This document shows, in pieces, positions 13,116-27,085 of a stretch of 64,000 nucleotides of DNA. The stretch spans positions 37,386,001 through 37,450,000 of the forward strand of contig OZ024751.1 of NCBI GenBank assembly GCA_964016885.1, written 5' to 3'. The number at the start of each line of letters is the position of its first letter. Position 1 is the stretch's first letter. Below the pieces are notes generated by a model. It did not search any database. It saw only the letters and a list, made by a program, of their open reading frames with translations, and was not told the DNA's origin. This DNA is from Eledone cirrhosa. Its lineage: Eukaryota. A program made the translations under genes and the position numbers.

Positions 13116-13788
13116 TTATATGTATATATATATACATACATACATACATATATATACACATACATATATATATATATACATACATATATATATATACACA
13201 TACATATATATACACATACATATATATATACATACATATATATATAAATACATATATATATAAATACATATATATATAAATACATATATATATACATACA
13301 TATATACATACATATATATAGATACATATATATATAAATACATATATATATACATATATATATAAATACATATATATATATATACATATATATATAAATA
13401 CATATATATATAAATACATATATATATACATACATATATACATACATATATATAGATACATATATATATATATATATATATATACATACATATATATAAA
13501 CATACATATATATATACATACAGATATATATATATACATATATATATATACATACATATATATATACATACAGATATATATACATACATATATACATACA
13601 GATATATATATATACATATATATATATACATACAGATATATATACATATATATATACATACAGATATATATATATATACATACATATATATATATATACA
13701 TACATATATATATATATACATACATATATATATATATACATACATATATATATATATACATACATATATATATATATACATACATACA

Positions 13789-13820
<32 letters not shown>

Positions 13821-13854
13821 CATATACATACATATATATATATATATACATACA

Positions 13855-13890
<36 letters not shown>

Positions 13891-13945
13891 CATACATATA
13901 TATATATACATACATATATATATATATACATACATATATACATAC

Positions 13946-13976
<31 letters not shown>

Positions 13977-14019
13977 CATACATATATATATATACATATA
14001 TATATACATATATATATAC

Positions 14020-14106
<87 letters not shown>

Positions 14107-14117
14107 CATATATATAC

Positions 14118-14175
<58 letters not shown>

Positions 14176-14211
14176 GTATATACATACATATATACATACA
14201 CATATATATAC

Positions 14212-14251
<40 letters not shown>

Positions 14252-14259
14252 ATACATAC

Positions 14260-14312
<53 letters not shown>

Positions 14313-14331
14313 CATACATATATATATACAT

Positions 14332-14409
<78 letters not shown>

Positions 14410-14520
14410 ACATACATATATACATACATATATATATATATATATACAATATATATATGTATATATATATATATATATACATACAATATATATATACATA
14501 CAAAAATATACATACATATG
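12979..14520. repeat. 1.5 kb compound (TA)n/(TACA)n microsatellite
   Basis: Direct inspection; the YI/HI/CM-rich ORFs here are artefacts. Confidence 0.95.
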
Positions 14521-14547
14521 CATGATATCATTATTTATTACCTGATA

Positions 14548-14732
14548 GGGCGGTAGATTGGCAGTATCGGTAGAGGGTCGGACGCCATGCTTTCCAGCAT
14601 AGTTACGTCCCTTTACGATCTGAGTTCAAATCCCGCCGAGGTTGACTTTGCCTTTCATCCCTACGGGCTCGATAAAATAAAGTACCAGTAATGCACTGGG
14701 TAATTGCTGACCTTGTGCCTAAAGTAGAAACA
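14548..14732 (+). mobile_element. tRNA-derived SINE (family A), full length, with 17-bp target-site duplication
   Basis: A-box TGGCAGTATCGG, B-box GAGTTCAAATCC, central GCCTTTCATCC...CGATAAAATAAAGTACCAG. TSD ATTATTTATTACCTGAT at 14530-14546 and 14733-14749. Confidence 0.85.
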
Positions 14733-15485
14733 ATTATTTATTACCTGATTTCTTCTCAATTTTGCAGATACTTTTGGCTCCCTTTTGACACAATCCAATA
14801 AAATCGCAGGTTAATGAATTCCAAATTCAATTTAGACTCTTGAATCTTTCTACAAGTGATGACATTTCGTTAGTGTTGTTCTTTTTATTAATAAGCATCC
14901 ATTTCCATTTCTTATATGAAATGTCATTAGGCACTCTTTGGAAAATGTACTGTAACATGTCTAGCTTTAATAAACAGTATGCTAGAATGTTCTCTCATGT
15001 TTATAGATACTTATGCTATCTGAAATATGTCTATATCTATTGTTATACGTTTTATACATGCAAGTGGATTCCATTTATATTAACTGGTGGATTCTCTCCT
15101 GATTTCTACGATAGGCATTCAAATGTTCTTTGGACGAAACGTTCAACCTGGGAATTAACGTGCAAACGGATGAATATTGCACAAGCACGTGTACCGTTAA
15201 TGTAATTACTAGAGCGAAGCTGCAAGAAAAAGTGTGTAACAAAGCGGGTCTTTTACATTAGAAGCACAGACCATCCCACTGAGCTTCCATAAGGTGTTCG
15301 TTCAAATAATGTCTCCCACGCGGCTTGGGTCAACTCGAGGCTATGATAATGACACTTGCCCAAGACGGAACCTGCTGGTATCGAAGCCAGGACTTCGTAC
15401 TTCTCAGGCAATCATTCAGCCATGAAGATGATAGAAGCATTTCTCAACTGTCATATTCCAACAGTTTATATCACCTTCACAAATC

Positions 15486-15625
15486 GTGGTAACGTAGGAT
15501 AGAATGCTTTGCTGTATTTCTCTCAGCTCTCTAGTCTCTGAGTTCAAATCCCACCGAGGTCAACTTTGCCTTTCATCTATTCAAGGACGATAAAAAAGTA
15601 CCAGTGGTAGTACTGGCGGTCGATT
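15486..15625 (+). mobile_element. SINE family A, diverged copy
   Basis: GAGTTCAAATCCCACCGAGGTCAACTTTGCCTTTCATC...GATAAAAAAGTACCAG. Confidence 0.7.
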
Positions 15626-16520
15626 CTTTCTCTATATCTCTTTCTCATCTCCATTCTTTCGCTCTCTCTATCCTTCTCTGGAAGAAATCTGCTGTATTCC
15701 GACCTGGAACAGCACGGGGTCCTCCCGGTTTAAAACTGCTCAAGAATCGCCCTACCTATACGGCGCACAAACGACTCCCTCAAGAGTTACAGGAGCATAC
15801 ATGTATATTGATCTTTACTCAGGATCATTAGAAATGCGAGGACGTTTTTTTTTCCTTTTCGTTTATAAAATTTTTCTTGTGTACAACATCGTTCAATGTA
15901 AGACTCAAATAATATACTAACACATTTATCGTGTTAAACTTTCAATTTCTATTCATGTCACATAATATTGTAAACAGTAATTTATGTTACTTGTATTTAG
16001 GATTATATTCACATATGAGTCTCTAAAATGTGTATAATTTTCTTGTCTACTTCTAATTTGTTATCACATTTTCTGTTTGGTTTCATGTTGTATTTGTCAG
16101 TTTATTTATCGTTTGTGTTGTTTCCACATTCACCTCACAACTGTCTGTTACAACCTCCCCCTATGTTCGCTTCTTTCAATACAGAAAATGCTGTCTTTTT
16201 GTCTATCTTATGTTTCCTACCTACTTTTCTTAACTTTCGTTTTTTTAGATTATCCTTCACTTTTACTCTATAATTCTCTATACACTCGATATAGCTCTTG
16301 TTGTTGCGACTTAATATAATTATCATTAATTAATATCACTGTTAAATCATTAATATTAAGGAATAGATATATAGATATATATATGTGTTTATGTATGAGT
16401 GTATGTGTGTGCATTTATGTTTGGTTCCATTTTGATCGTCTATGATTAATATATTTAATAATGGTTTCTTATATAGGTTTGTGCCTATATAAGAAACCAT
16501 TATTAAATATATTAATTTTT

Positions 16521-16693
16521 GGGGAGGGGAAAGTCGATTAAATCGACGCCAGTGCGTGACTGGTACTTTATTTTATCGACACCGTAAGGATGAAAGGCAA
16601 AGTTAACTTCGGTGGGATTTGAACTCAGATCGTAAAGGGCCGTAACTCAATGCTGCAAAGCATGGCATCCGACCGTCCACCGCGCTTACGCCC
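16521..16693 (-). mobile_element. SINE family A
   Basis: Reverse complement of the family A core (CTGGTACTTTATTTTATCGAC...GGATTTGAACTCAG). Confidence 0.8.
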
Positions 16694-17261
16694 TAATAAT
16701 AATAATGATAATAACAATGAAAATAATAATTGGCAGTCAAAACTTCAAAGCAAAGTTTGATATATTAGGAAGACGTGATACAATAAATTGCATCCTTTGT
16801 GTGAATGAGAGACATTAAGAGCCGGGACATGACATGTCATTATAACGGACTTTGAATAATCAATGGTTTCTATTTTATTTGTTAGTTTTCTTGTACTCAG
16901 CTGAATCTCCCTCCATGGACATGCAGTGAGAATACAGCAACCATCATTCAAATGTCCTCTGGATGCGATCTTTAGAATCGATAGGATCATTGAATGTTCC
17001 ATGCGGGGTTTTTAGCAATAGAAATGTAATTACGAAAACTGAACGAGAAGAAGAATGAGAGGATAAAAATATAAGATGAAGACGAGAAAATAAAATGAAA
17101 ATAAAAAGGAAAGGAAAGGCTGGAAAATGACAAGCGAAAGGAGCAGGAGAAAAAGGAAACAAAAAGTATAAGAACAAAAAGTTGAAGAAATGTAAAGTGA
17201 TGTAGAAGAGGAAAGGGAAAATTATATATCAGGAGTATTATCAACAATAATATCATAAGCA

Positions 17262-17322
<61 letters not shown>

Positions 17323-17331
17323 GTGTGTGTG

Positions 17332-17396
<65 letters not shown>

Positions 17397-17405
17397 GTGT
17401 GTGTG

Positions 17406-17447
<42 letters not shown>

Positions 17448-18409
17448 ACTATCTGTGGTGTTACATACGTACAACTGTTTCTTTGGGTGGGTGTTTCAGA
17501 TTTCCACTAAGAGAGTCGCCGGATCCTCAACCTTGGAAACTATAACGTCCAAACGCTGAGGATATGGGACCTAGATAAACAATTGTACTTGAAATATACC
17601 ATATTTAGTCTAATAAATAATTAAATATCACAGGTCTTTCTACAGTTTCATTGTATCAAACTTTACATATTTATTTATGAATATATGCATGATATATATA
17701 AACAGAGTGTCCCCAAAACATATAGAGACTTCAATAGCATTCTAATAAATATTGCCTTTACTGGTAATAAAGGTGTGTATAAATGTTTGGGGTAGACCCT
17801 GTATATACGTGTGATAGTGTGTGCATAGACAGATATATAGTTAGGTAAATATTTGCCTCCACTAAATGCCGCAAGATATGTTGGGGGCTCTACCGACATC
17901 AACCAACTCCACAACCCACTAAGTAACAATGACCATAATAGCAATGCACTGTTTTCTACTGAGCAGGATTGATTAAAATATAAGATTTAAGCCTCTGACA
18001 TATTTACAACAGTTAAATATTAATCTTCAATAAACATAGCATAACTATGTCAATTACTCGTGTATGCTTTGTTGAAAGAATTATGTACTTTAATCTAAAG
18101 TATTTTGAATGAGAATGACATTGTATGTTAATCATGTTGTTTGGTTACAGATGTTTCAGAAGAGAAAATTGTGAAAACCTTATTAAACCATACATTTATT
18201 GTGTAAGGTTACATATGTGCTAGATTTCATAGGGATAAAATAAAGTGGTTGTAGAAAAGGCAATCCTTGGTTGATGGGGAGAAGAAATGGTAAGAATATT
18301 TGCAGATTAAATGAGAGATTAACATAAATGTTGCGGCTATACTGTTTGCAAATATAAACAGTTTTTAGTTTGACACACATTAAACGATATTTTTATATTT
18401 CCAATAGAG

Positions 18410-18451
<42 letters not shown>

Positions 18452-18780
18452 AGAATTGAGTGCTGCGTGATTGCACATGGGTTACAAATGAAAAGAATTA
18501 GTCCTTCATCAGTGATTTTCCAACTATCATTGGTAATTCATTGCTTTGAAAATCATATACCTCCAGTTGGTGCGAGCAATAGCTAAATAAACTTATTGGG
18601 ACAAGTAATATAGGGTAAAGCGAGCGAGACAAGTAAACAAACAAAAATGGTATAGCAACGGAAAGATAGGAAGAAACAAGCACATGATATCTATTCAGCT
18701 TAAGCTGGGTGAATTTCATGGGCGAGAGAGAAATACAGACCGTCTGACGTGGGTGAGGTGTGAGTGAGAAAGGACCCCAC

Positions 18781-18837
<57 letters not shown>

Positions 18838-18839
18838 AA

Positions 18840-18990
18840 ACAAAGAAAATGTGGTAAGGAACCAGGTGACCATAACGCACCAGAGTACTCAACACTTAGG
18901 GTAGTAGAGTGGGTAATAGGAGAAAGTGTCAGGATCCCGACGGCTAAGCACCGGCCGTTTCGACGGCTAGATCTGAACTGAGCCAGCAGT
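18840..18990 (-). mobile_element. PLE pLTR remnant with partial hammerhead, related to 37061-37250 and 41458-41630
   Basis: Minus strand ...AGCCGTC-GAAA-CGGC...GCCG-TC-GGGATC...CCTATTACCCACTCTACTACC...TTGAGTACTC; flanked by (TA)n. Confidence 0.6.
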
Positions 18991-19492
18991 ATATCGTATA
19001 TGCTTCTACACTCTTTTCATATATATATATATATATATATATGGTGGCGTTATGTGAATTAGTGTGTATATATGTGACCGGCTTTTCAGCAGTATTTACT
19101 ACTTCATAGAAATATTCCAACTGGTTGCAATCTTAGCAATTCAACATTATGCAAGTACAATTGCACACAGTCCACCAAGTAGTCTATGCTATTGATTTTA
19201 ATTCCCTGTATATAAACTCAAAGATAAATAAACAATGCAGAAAAAAAAACATATGTAAAATAATTTATTGTCTTATTTTTTGTTATTCTATTCTCCCTTG
19301 TAAAGAACTGATCCAATTAATCAATTGTCTGTTGACCTGGAAGCTGAAAGATTCAGGTCAAGCCATGCTTCAAGTAGAAGCGCACCATTAAAATAGAAAT
19401 ATATTTAGCCACTAAATGAATCAATACAAGTAGAACAAGGACACTGATTATTTCAACGCAAGTGAAATGTATGTAATATATTTTCATTCTTA

Positions 19493-19600
19493 GCTTCGCT
19501 GGGGTTAACTTTGCCTTTCATCCTTACGGGGTCGATAAAATAAAGTACCAGTAATGGATTGGTTAATTGCTGGCCTTGTGCCAAAAGTAGAAACAATTAT
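19493..19600 (+). mobile_element. SINE family A, 3' half
   Basis: GTTAACTTTGCCTTTCATCCTTACGGGGTCGATAAAATAAAGTACCAG...GTAGAAACAATTAT. Confidence 0.8.
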
Positions 19601-21151
19601 ATATTTTAGTAATCATGTATAATTCAATGCTAGAAAAAAATATTTAATCGTTCTTCTCTTTAACTGTTCATCTTTACATTATGGATACTTAGTTGAATGT
19701 GTAATTTACCGCTGGCTATATGCTATTCAGCATTGTTAAGATACATATACACACAAATATATGTATGTATATGTGTGTGTATATATGTGTATGTGTATCT
19801 CTTTATATATATATATATAAATATATATATATATGGCTGACTAAGCACACCTGCTTTTTCACCGAATTTGAATTACGTTCCTTCTTCTTCCTACTTTCCC
19901 TATTTCTATTTCTTCTTTTGTTCATCATTCTATCTTCTGATGAAGTTCTGGTATCCGAAACGTTAAATCAGTTTTCCTACTATATCAACGGTTAAATTAA
20001 TATAATTCTTCATTGGACTGTATCATTTACTTCATTGTTTCCTTTTACTTTTCTCATACATATATATATGTACATATATACCATATGTGTAACACAAAAC
20101 CAAAAGATGTTTTGCTATTCCCATTCCTATAATCTTGTGTTTGAATGTATATTATATTTGGAGTTTCTATTAAGAGAGAAGATGTCGGCATCTATTTGTT
20201 GTAGATAGGGCCATTATTATCAAATGTATATTACTAGGTATGTGTACCATGATTTTCTAAACGCTTTAGACCCAGACAACCTCTATTTTGTGAGAGCTGC
20301 CCCAGCATAAGTCTAGCCTTTTATCATTGTCTTCGAAAGAAGGAAATTCAGGTAGAGCAAACAGAGGATAGGGGCGGAGCAATTATCTAATACACTAAAG
20401 AGTCTAACGTGTTTCTTGAAGAATAAGATATGCAATCAGTTGAATGAGAACGATATAGCATATTCCGAAGTTATGATCCCATTTTATCAATTCCTATACT
20501 AGTTTGAAAACCATGGATGTAATATTTCCCAGCAAAGACACATTGAATAAATGAAGTATTAACAGCATACCTGAATTGAAGTCTAATATATCTGTAATAG
20601 GAACGAGATGGGTATTATCTGCTTTCTAAATTCATCAATTCACATTTAGTCACACGTCAGCGTATTGTTCATAATATTTGATTCGTCATTTAGGTAGAAA
20701 TATTTAGATATATACATGAGGGTGAAGAAATAAAACCGTTATGAGTTCATGCCTTTTCTAAACGGCATTATCGACTTACAGGTTAGTAGAACTACACAAG
20801 ACCGAGCAATTTGGTTTTTGCTGAGCGAATGCATATCTGCCGATTCGTGCTGAGAGCGATAAGAATATAATAGTATATGGAATGTTTATGTTGCGTATAA
20901 TTAATAATTTTATACCATAAAGCCGAGGCTTTTGGAGAACAACATACACTAAGCAATTGTGATAGACGCTTGCATATAGCCTTCAGTTCTAATAGATTAT
21001 TGCCTATTGATGTACATAACTGTATTGATTAATATTCAGAGCCAGCAACGTGGATTGTTTTCTTGTTATTTTTTGGGGACGTAATAATCAGGGTTTGTGT
21101 TTGATGTATACAATACATCTTGCAAAACGTCAATAACCAAAACAATGAATA

Positions 21152-21183
<32 letters not shown>

Positions 21184-21202
21184 ATATTTATATATATACA
21201 TT

Positions 21203-21276
<74 letters not shown>

Positions 21277-21343
21277 CATACATATTCATAGACACAAATA
21301 TACATACATATATATACGTACATACATGCATATTCATAGACAG

Positions 21344-21391
<48 letters not shown>

Positions 21392-22106
21392 GGGGGGGAG
21401 ATGTGTGCATGTTTGTATATATACTTGAATGCTTGTATATTTTCTGTGGCTTACGTTATATTTCATATGATTATATGTAAATATATTTGATAGAAAAAGT
21501 AATTCATTAAAATAGACGAAGACAATAGTACTACAGACATACACACACACATACATACATACATATATACATACATATATACATACATGTCTATATGTAA
21601 TGTGATAGTATACATATATATATTAGGAATGAACTTGAACATGGAAATTGTATATATAAATACCCAAATTCAATCACACATGCTACATATATATATATGT
21701 GTGTGTGTGTGTGTGTAAGTGTATACATAACTGTATATGTATATATGTGTATATATACAAACTCACATATATATGCAGGTCCATACTCACACGCATTGTA
21801 TATGTATATTAAACATATATGCACATCTACATGCACATATATAATAGTAGTATGCAATTATTGTTGGTATCTTATATAGAAGAGACTTTATTAAGAAAGC
21901 TCTGACCAAGAACATGATGAAAGACATGTAACGTAGAACAAGTTGTATATCGTTGCTTTAGAATAGATTCTGGCTAATATTAATAAATCACAACTGTTAT
22001 CGTAGATAGAACGGAAATCAAATACGTACACATACACCGCTATATATACATAGTGACATATGAATGTATATCTATATAAGTGTATATATGTGTATATATA
22101 TATATA

Positions 22107-22380
22107 TGGTGGCTGCCAACTCGTTTTCAAGTACGGCCACTCCTTTATATCCATGTAGGAGAACCCCTACCGATGCGCTGAACGAGTGTGACTTTTTAGT
22201 CCAGCCAGCGACCTGAAAACTCTGGTACAAACACTACACCTGTGACAATTATTGACACATAGTGCTGGGCCCAAGGTACCATGTGAGGACAAGTGCAGAG
22301 AGATCTCCAGATATAAAGCAATGCCTGTGCCGTGAAGCTTTTATAGCAAGCAAAGGCACTGCACAAAACCAGTCCCACTC
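22107..22380 (-). mobile_element. Second, 5'-truncated copy of the RTE-derived element
   Basis: Reverse complement resembles 12711-12978 (shared peptide YKSFTAQALLYIWRSL). Confidence 0.75.
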
Positions 22381-22426
22381 ATACATGTATACATACATGG
22401 CATATCTATACCTATATATATATATA

Positions 22427-22832
22427 TATAAGAGACGTAAGATAAGAAAATTATAAAATTAACTTACTTACTAAAATATCACTTCCAACTAATTAGTTTC
22501 TGGAATGGAGTAGATACATCTTCCGAAGAAGGTGTATTTTCTCAATGGCTAGGAAGTAAGTCCACGCTTTGCTATTTCCTATTCACTGATTTATGTTTTA
22601 ATAAGCTTCCAGTGACCTCGCTTTGCCTGGAAACTTATATGAGAATTGACTTTCCTGATGACGGGATGTTTCTCAACACCTTCTTCGGAAGATGTATCTA
22701 CTCCATTCCAGAAACTAATTAGTTGGAAGTGATATTTTAGTAAGTAATTTTATAATTTTCTTATCTTACGTCTCTTATATTATTGTTCTGCAACCCCATG
22801 CATTGAACCACAATGTTATTAAGACAAAACCT
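22427..22832 (+). mobile_element. Short PLE-type element with inverted tail and a type I hammerhead
   Basis: 22431-22535 is inverted relative to 22676-22778; HHR at 22649-22730; (TA)n on the left side and a short TA run on the right. Confidence 0.7.
22649..22730 (+). ncRNA. Type I hammerhead ribozyme
   Basis: ACTTTC-CTGATGA-cGGGATG...CATTCCa-GAAA-CTAATTAG-TT-GGAAGT; stem II contains a CTTC-TTCG-GAAG hairpin. Confidence 0.7.
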
Positions 22833-23047
22833 ATATATTTGCTAGCATGGATATGCATGTGTATGTATATATATATGTTACTAGATATAAATTCTTAATT
22901 ATATATATATATATATATAAATATATTGTATGATATATATCAGTAATAGCCTCGAAGAGCAATGTATTCGAATCCATGTATATACACATACATATACCTA
23001 CATATACATATAAGCAGCATACAAACACAGACACACACATATTCATT

Positions 23048-23165
<118 letters not shown>

Positions 23166-25531
23166 CATATATATATATGTATACATTATAGAGTATATAT
23201 TTTTAAATGAGTGTCTCTATCTCGTCATTGAAGCATTAGTTCTTTGAATCGTTTAATTCAACGATTCGAGAAATTCCATTCCAATTATTTTCACCATTTT
23301 ATTCTTCGTTGAAACCTTTATATCTCAAAAGCAGAAGCAAAACACATTACCCTTGTCTCAGGTTTGCAGTCACACAACGAACGCTTTACAATGCCAGTCA
23401 CTTCGTTTACCAAGCGAAGTAATGAAAAACGTGTGGGTATTGAATTTTAAAAACCCTTCATTTTAACTGGTTGCTTAATTCATTGCGATTAAAATAGTGG
23501 ATTAAATCGTTTCTATGTGAGCCCTACCGTATTGTCTGCAATTTTCTTCTGTGTTTTTTTACTCTCCTAGAACGAAATGAAACCAGATATGGCAACACAG
23601 GATATTAATCATCCTATATGCCTTATTATTCATTTTCATTCTTTTTATATTCTTGTAGTGAATCGCAAGCGTTAAATTTAAACAGTCTTTTTATATTCAT
23701 AGAATTCCACAGAACCCACTAGCGGTATTGAAGCGGGATACATTATAGCGAAGGGGAACCAAATAAACCATATCAAAGAATTAGGAAGAACGAAATAATA
23801 TAGACATAACGTTGGTGGTTTCACAAACATAATTTCCTGAGGGAACCCACATATGTTGGTCACAATCCCCTCTCTCTTACTTTGTAGATACAGAGTCATG
23901 TCTTTATTTGTTCATATTGTAACGATTATTTGCTCTTAATTTTCTCGTGTGATATTGCGTGACAAAATATAACGTTGGTGTATGTTTATAAGATGTGCTT
24001 TCTATAGACATAACTGCATAATTTGATGCCCCATCCAATCATGAATACAGCTTCACAGTTGTCCTCCACTAGAGAAAGTAATTTTATTAAAATTCAAATC
24101 TGGAAGGGGTTGACTTTATTCATAGTTTCAGATTTTTATTCATGGCATCTAGAGATTAAATAAGGTGTCAATTTTCGTAAAGAAAAATTGTGAGATTATA
24201 ATTTTAGCGCACATGATTTTCCCCATAATATATTCAATCCATCGAAGCATAATATTTGAATATGTGAGGCACTATCTGTCTCGGTGGATTTATATTCCCT
24301 AATAATTAACATTCCTCTCAATATATCTTGATTACTTTTTTTTTTTTAACACTTTTCATATATTTCTTTATCCCTATGCATTTTTAATTAGATCGAATTT
24401 CCTCATCTTACATTATAAGATATTAAACAGTGTATCAGCTAAATTGTACGGATTATTTATATCTCTATATATATTTTTAATTATATATATCAGATATTAC
24501 TAACAATATCGATATTGGTTTCAACGTTCCAATTGGCCAACCACTACTTGAAAACATATCAGTAACACAATATTTCCTGTGTGAATCGGACTAAACAAAT
24601 GTCCCCAAGGAATTCGTTCGATAAAGCATCGTTTTATCGGTTCTCTCGACGTTGTCTGTAAGTATCGTTAGCGATATATATCGCTAACGATATACGGACA
24701 CACACACAAAGTCCCCATCCCATACAAATGTTTTGGGAATTGATTTCAGTTGTGATAGATCATGGCTTCGATCCTGAGCTGTCACATTGTATTCTCGAGT
24801 GTAAAAAATGCATGTGCTCGCAGCAGCTAGTGGGTTAACATTGCTATGGACGAAGTGTGAAAGAGGTATAAAGGTAGATCGGCTCCAATATTGGACTGGT
24901 ACTTTTGCTTTATAAAGACCTCAAATATTTGAAAGGTAAAGTAGACCTCTTCGGGGATTGATCGCGAATCTTTCTATCCGATGATCTAACGACTCTGCTA
25001 ATTCGGCGTCTCTCTTATTTAATGTAGTTTCATTTACAATCAACCCCGACCATTGGCGTCCCAAAAGCAATATTTAATATTTACTCATATTCTACAATAA
25101 AATTTACACAACGAACAGTGATTCGCTTTAATTCCTTCCAATGTTACAGCAGTAAACAAATTATAGCTTATCATCCAGAATTAGAGACGTCTCGTGTATT
25201 TGCTTAGAAAGAATAAACTTTACTGACGTAGATTTATAGTTAATTGAATCAACAGAGTTAACTTATATGAATTCGATTATTATACAGAATCAATTTATGA
25301 CATAGATGTACAGCAACAATGTTATATTGAATTGCTGTACACATACACACACTGTATATAGCTAGGGTGATTTAAAAAGGAAATGATATAATTTGAGATG
25401 TAAATATCCCAGAAATTACAAATTCTAGGGCAACAAGCCTGAGCAAGTTTAATGTTGAGTAACATAAGATTTATTCCTCAAAATTTGAATGAGGAATTCA
25501 AAGTTATGTATATATATATATACACAGCCTG

Positions 25532-25575
<44 letters not shown>

Positions 25576-25637
25576 TGTACGTGTGTGTATGTATATATAT
25601 ATATATAAATGGTAACACAACAGTTAGTTCACCATAT

Positions 25638-25675
25638 CGAGAACAATTGTTTCACCTTAGCGGATCTTCAGCTCG
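25638..25675 (-). ncRNA. Minimal type I hammerhead ribozyme
   Basis: CGAG-CTGAAGA-tCCgctaaGGt-GAAA-CAATTG-TT-CTCG, enclosed by the inverted repeat GGTAACACAACAG/CTGTTGTGTTACC. Confidence 0.65.
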
Positions 25676-25762
25676 TAATCTGTTGTGTTACCACTTCTAC
25701 CTAACTCGTCCCATGGACTGAGTGCTCTACCACTACGGATATTACCCTCTCTCTCTCTATAA

Positions 25763-25794
<32 letters not shown>

Positions 25795-26318
25795 TGAGAG
25801 TGAGAGAGAGAGAGAGGTGTGTGGTGTTGGTGTTGGTGGTGTTGTTGTTGTTGACGACGGACCGGTGTCTGTTCTGACGATAAAGTTTCGGCATGCTCTT
25901 GAAACAGCATGCTGGAAAACAAGATTTTTAGTTACTGCCTGAAGTAGATCATGAATTACAAGGTCTGGTGCTGTAATGCACTAGGTTTACCAATCGGTCA
26001 TCAGAAGGGAGGTAAGTGTGAATGCTAAACTCGATATATTCAAGTATATTACTATTTCACATGACTGCCACGATATATATCCATACACAATTATGTATAT
26101 AAGGAGGTATGTATATAAAGACTCTTGTAAGTTTCATAGTTGAATATTCTAGAGAAATAGGCAACCCTTCTTATGTGATTTCCTAAGAATCCTATTTGGT
26201 GTAAATACACCTATTTCCAAATAAGATAGCATAAGAGATATTAGAAGCCGTCTACGTTTTAAACCCCATATTTTTGTTTATATATATATATATAGATAAA
26301 CAAAAATATACGTTTTAA

Positions 26319-26381
<63 letters not shown>

Positions 26382-26873
26382 CTGACAATAACGCCTAGTA
26401 GTGTACGACAATGTGATTCCCTGAAAAAACACAACTGATTTTACTGTGGAAACAACATGATTTAAAATGATTTATAACAAGAGGAAACGATATAATATCA
26501 AATATTACGAGAAAAGAAAGTTTGCAAATGCCTTAAGTTCACTTGCACTTTTGGTGAGTATTCGTGTTATAAACATAGCATTATTTTGACTTAACCCAAT
26601 CATGTAATGCACTAAACGTACATTGCTGGAAAAACAAAACAAAGATGGATTATGTGAAGAAGAGGAGATAGCATGTTATTGTGTATATAAATATTTGGAG
26701 CAAGTAAAATAGATAGATAATGATGAGAAAAAACCCCATTTATATAATGTATGTCTTCTTGCCACAGGTATATCGTTGTGAGCAGTAAATAAATCTATAT
26801 ATGTATACATTGACATAAACATAATTCAGCCGGACACGCACATGTGCAAGAAACACAGAGATCTATGTTCTAT

Positions 26874-26925
<52 letters not shown>

Positions 26926-26959
26926 GAAGAGAGAGAGAGAGAGAAAGAGAGAGGAGATA

Positions 26960-26966
26960 GAGAGAG

Positions 26967-27007
<41 letters not shown>

Positions 27008-27085
27008 TGTTTCTTTTATTTGCCACCAGGGCATCAAAAGTGGGACAAGTACAATGGGGGGAGTTTACAAAACAAGGCGTCCTCA
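26960..27085 (-). mobile_element. LINE-like 3' end with AATAAA and (ATCT)n tail
   Basis: GTAAACTCCCCCCATTGTACTTGTCCC...GTGGCAAATAAAAGAAAC(ATCT)n; related copies at 55138-55540. Confidence 0.55.

Noticed and set aside
16886-17030. Strong splice acceptor and possible exon
   Set aside because: All three plus frames contain stops, and there is no other support.
20330-20410. Minus-strand VLDNCSAP resembling the pogo/Tigger transposase DNCSAH motif
   Set aside because: Single short motif; flanking frames gave no further transposase motifs.
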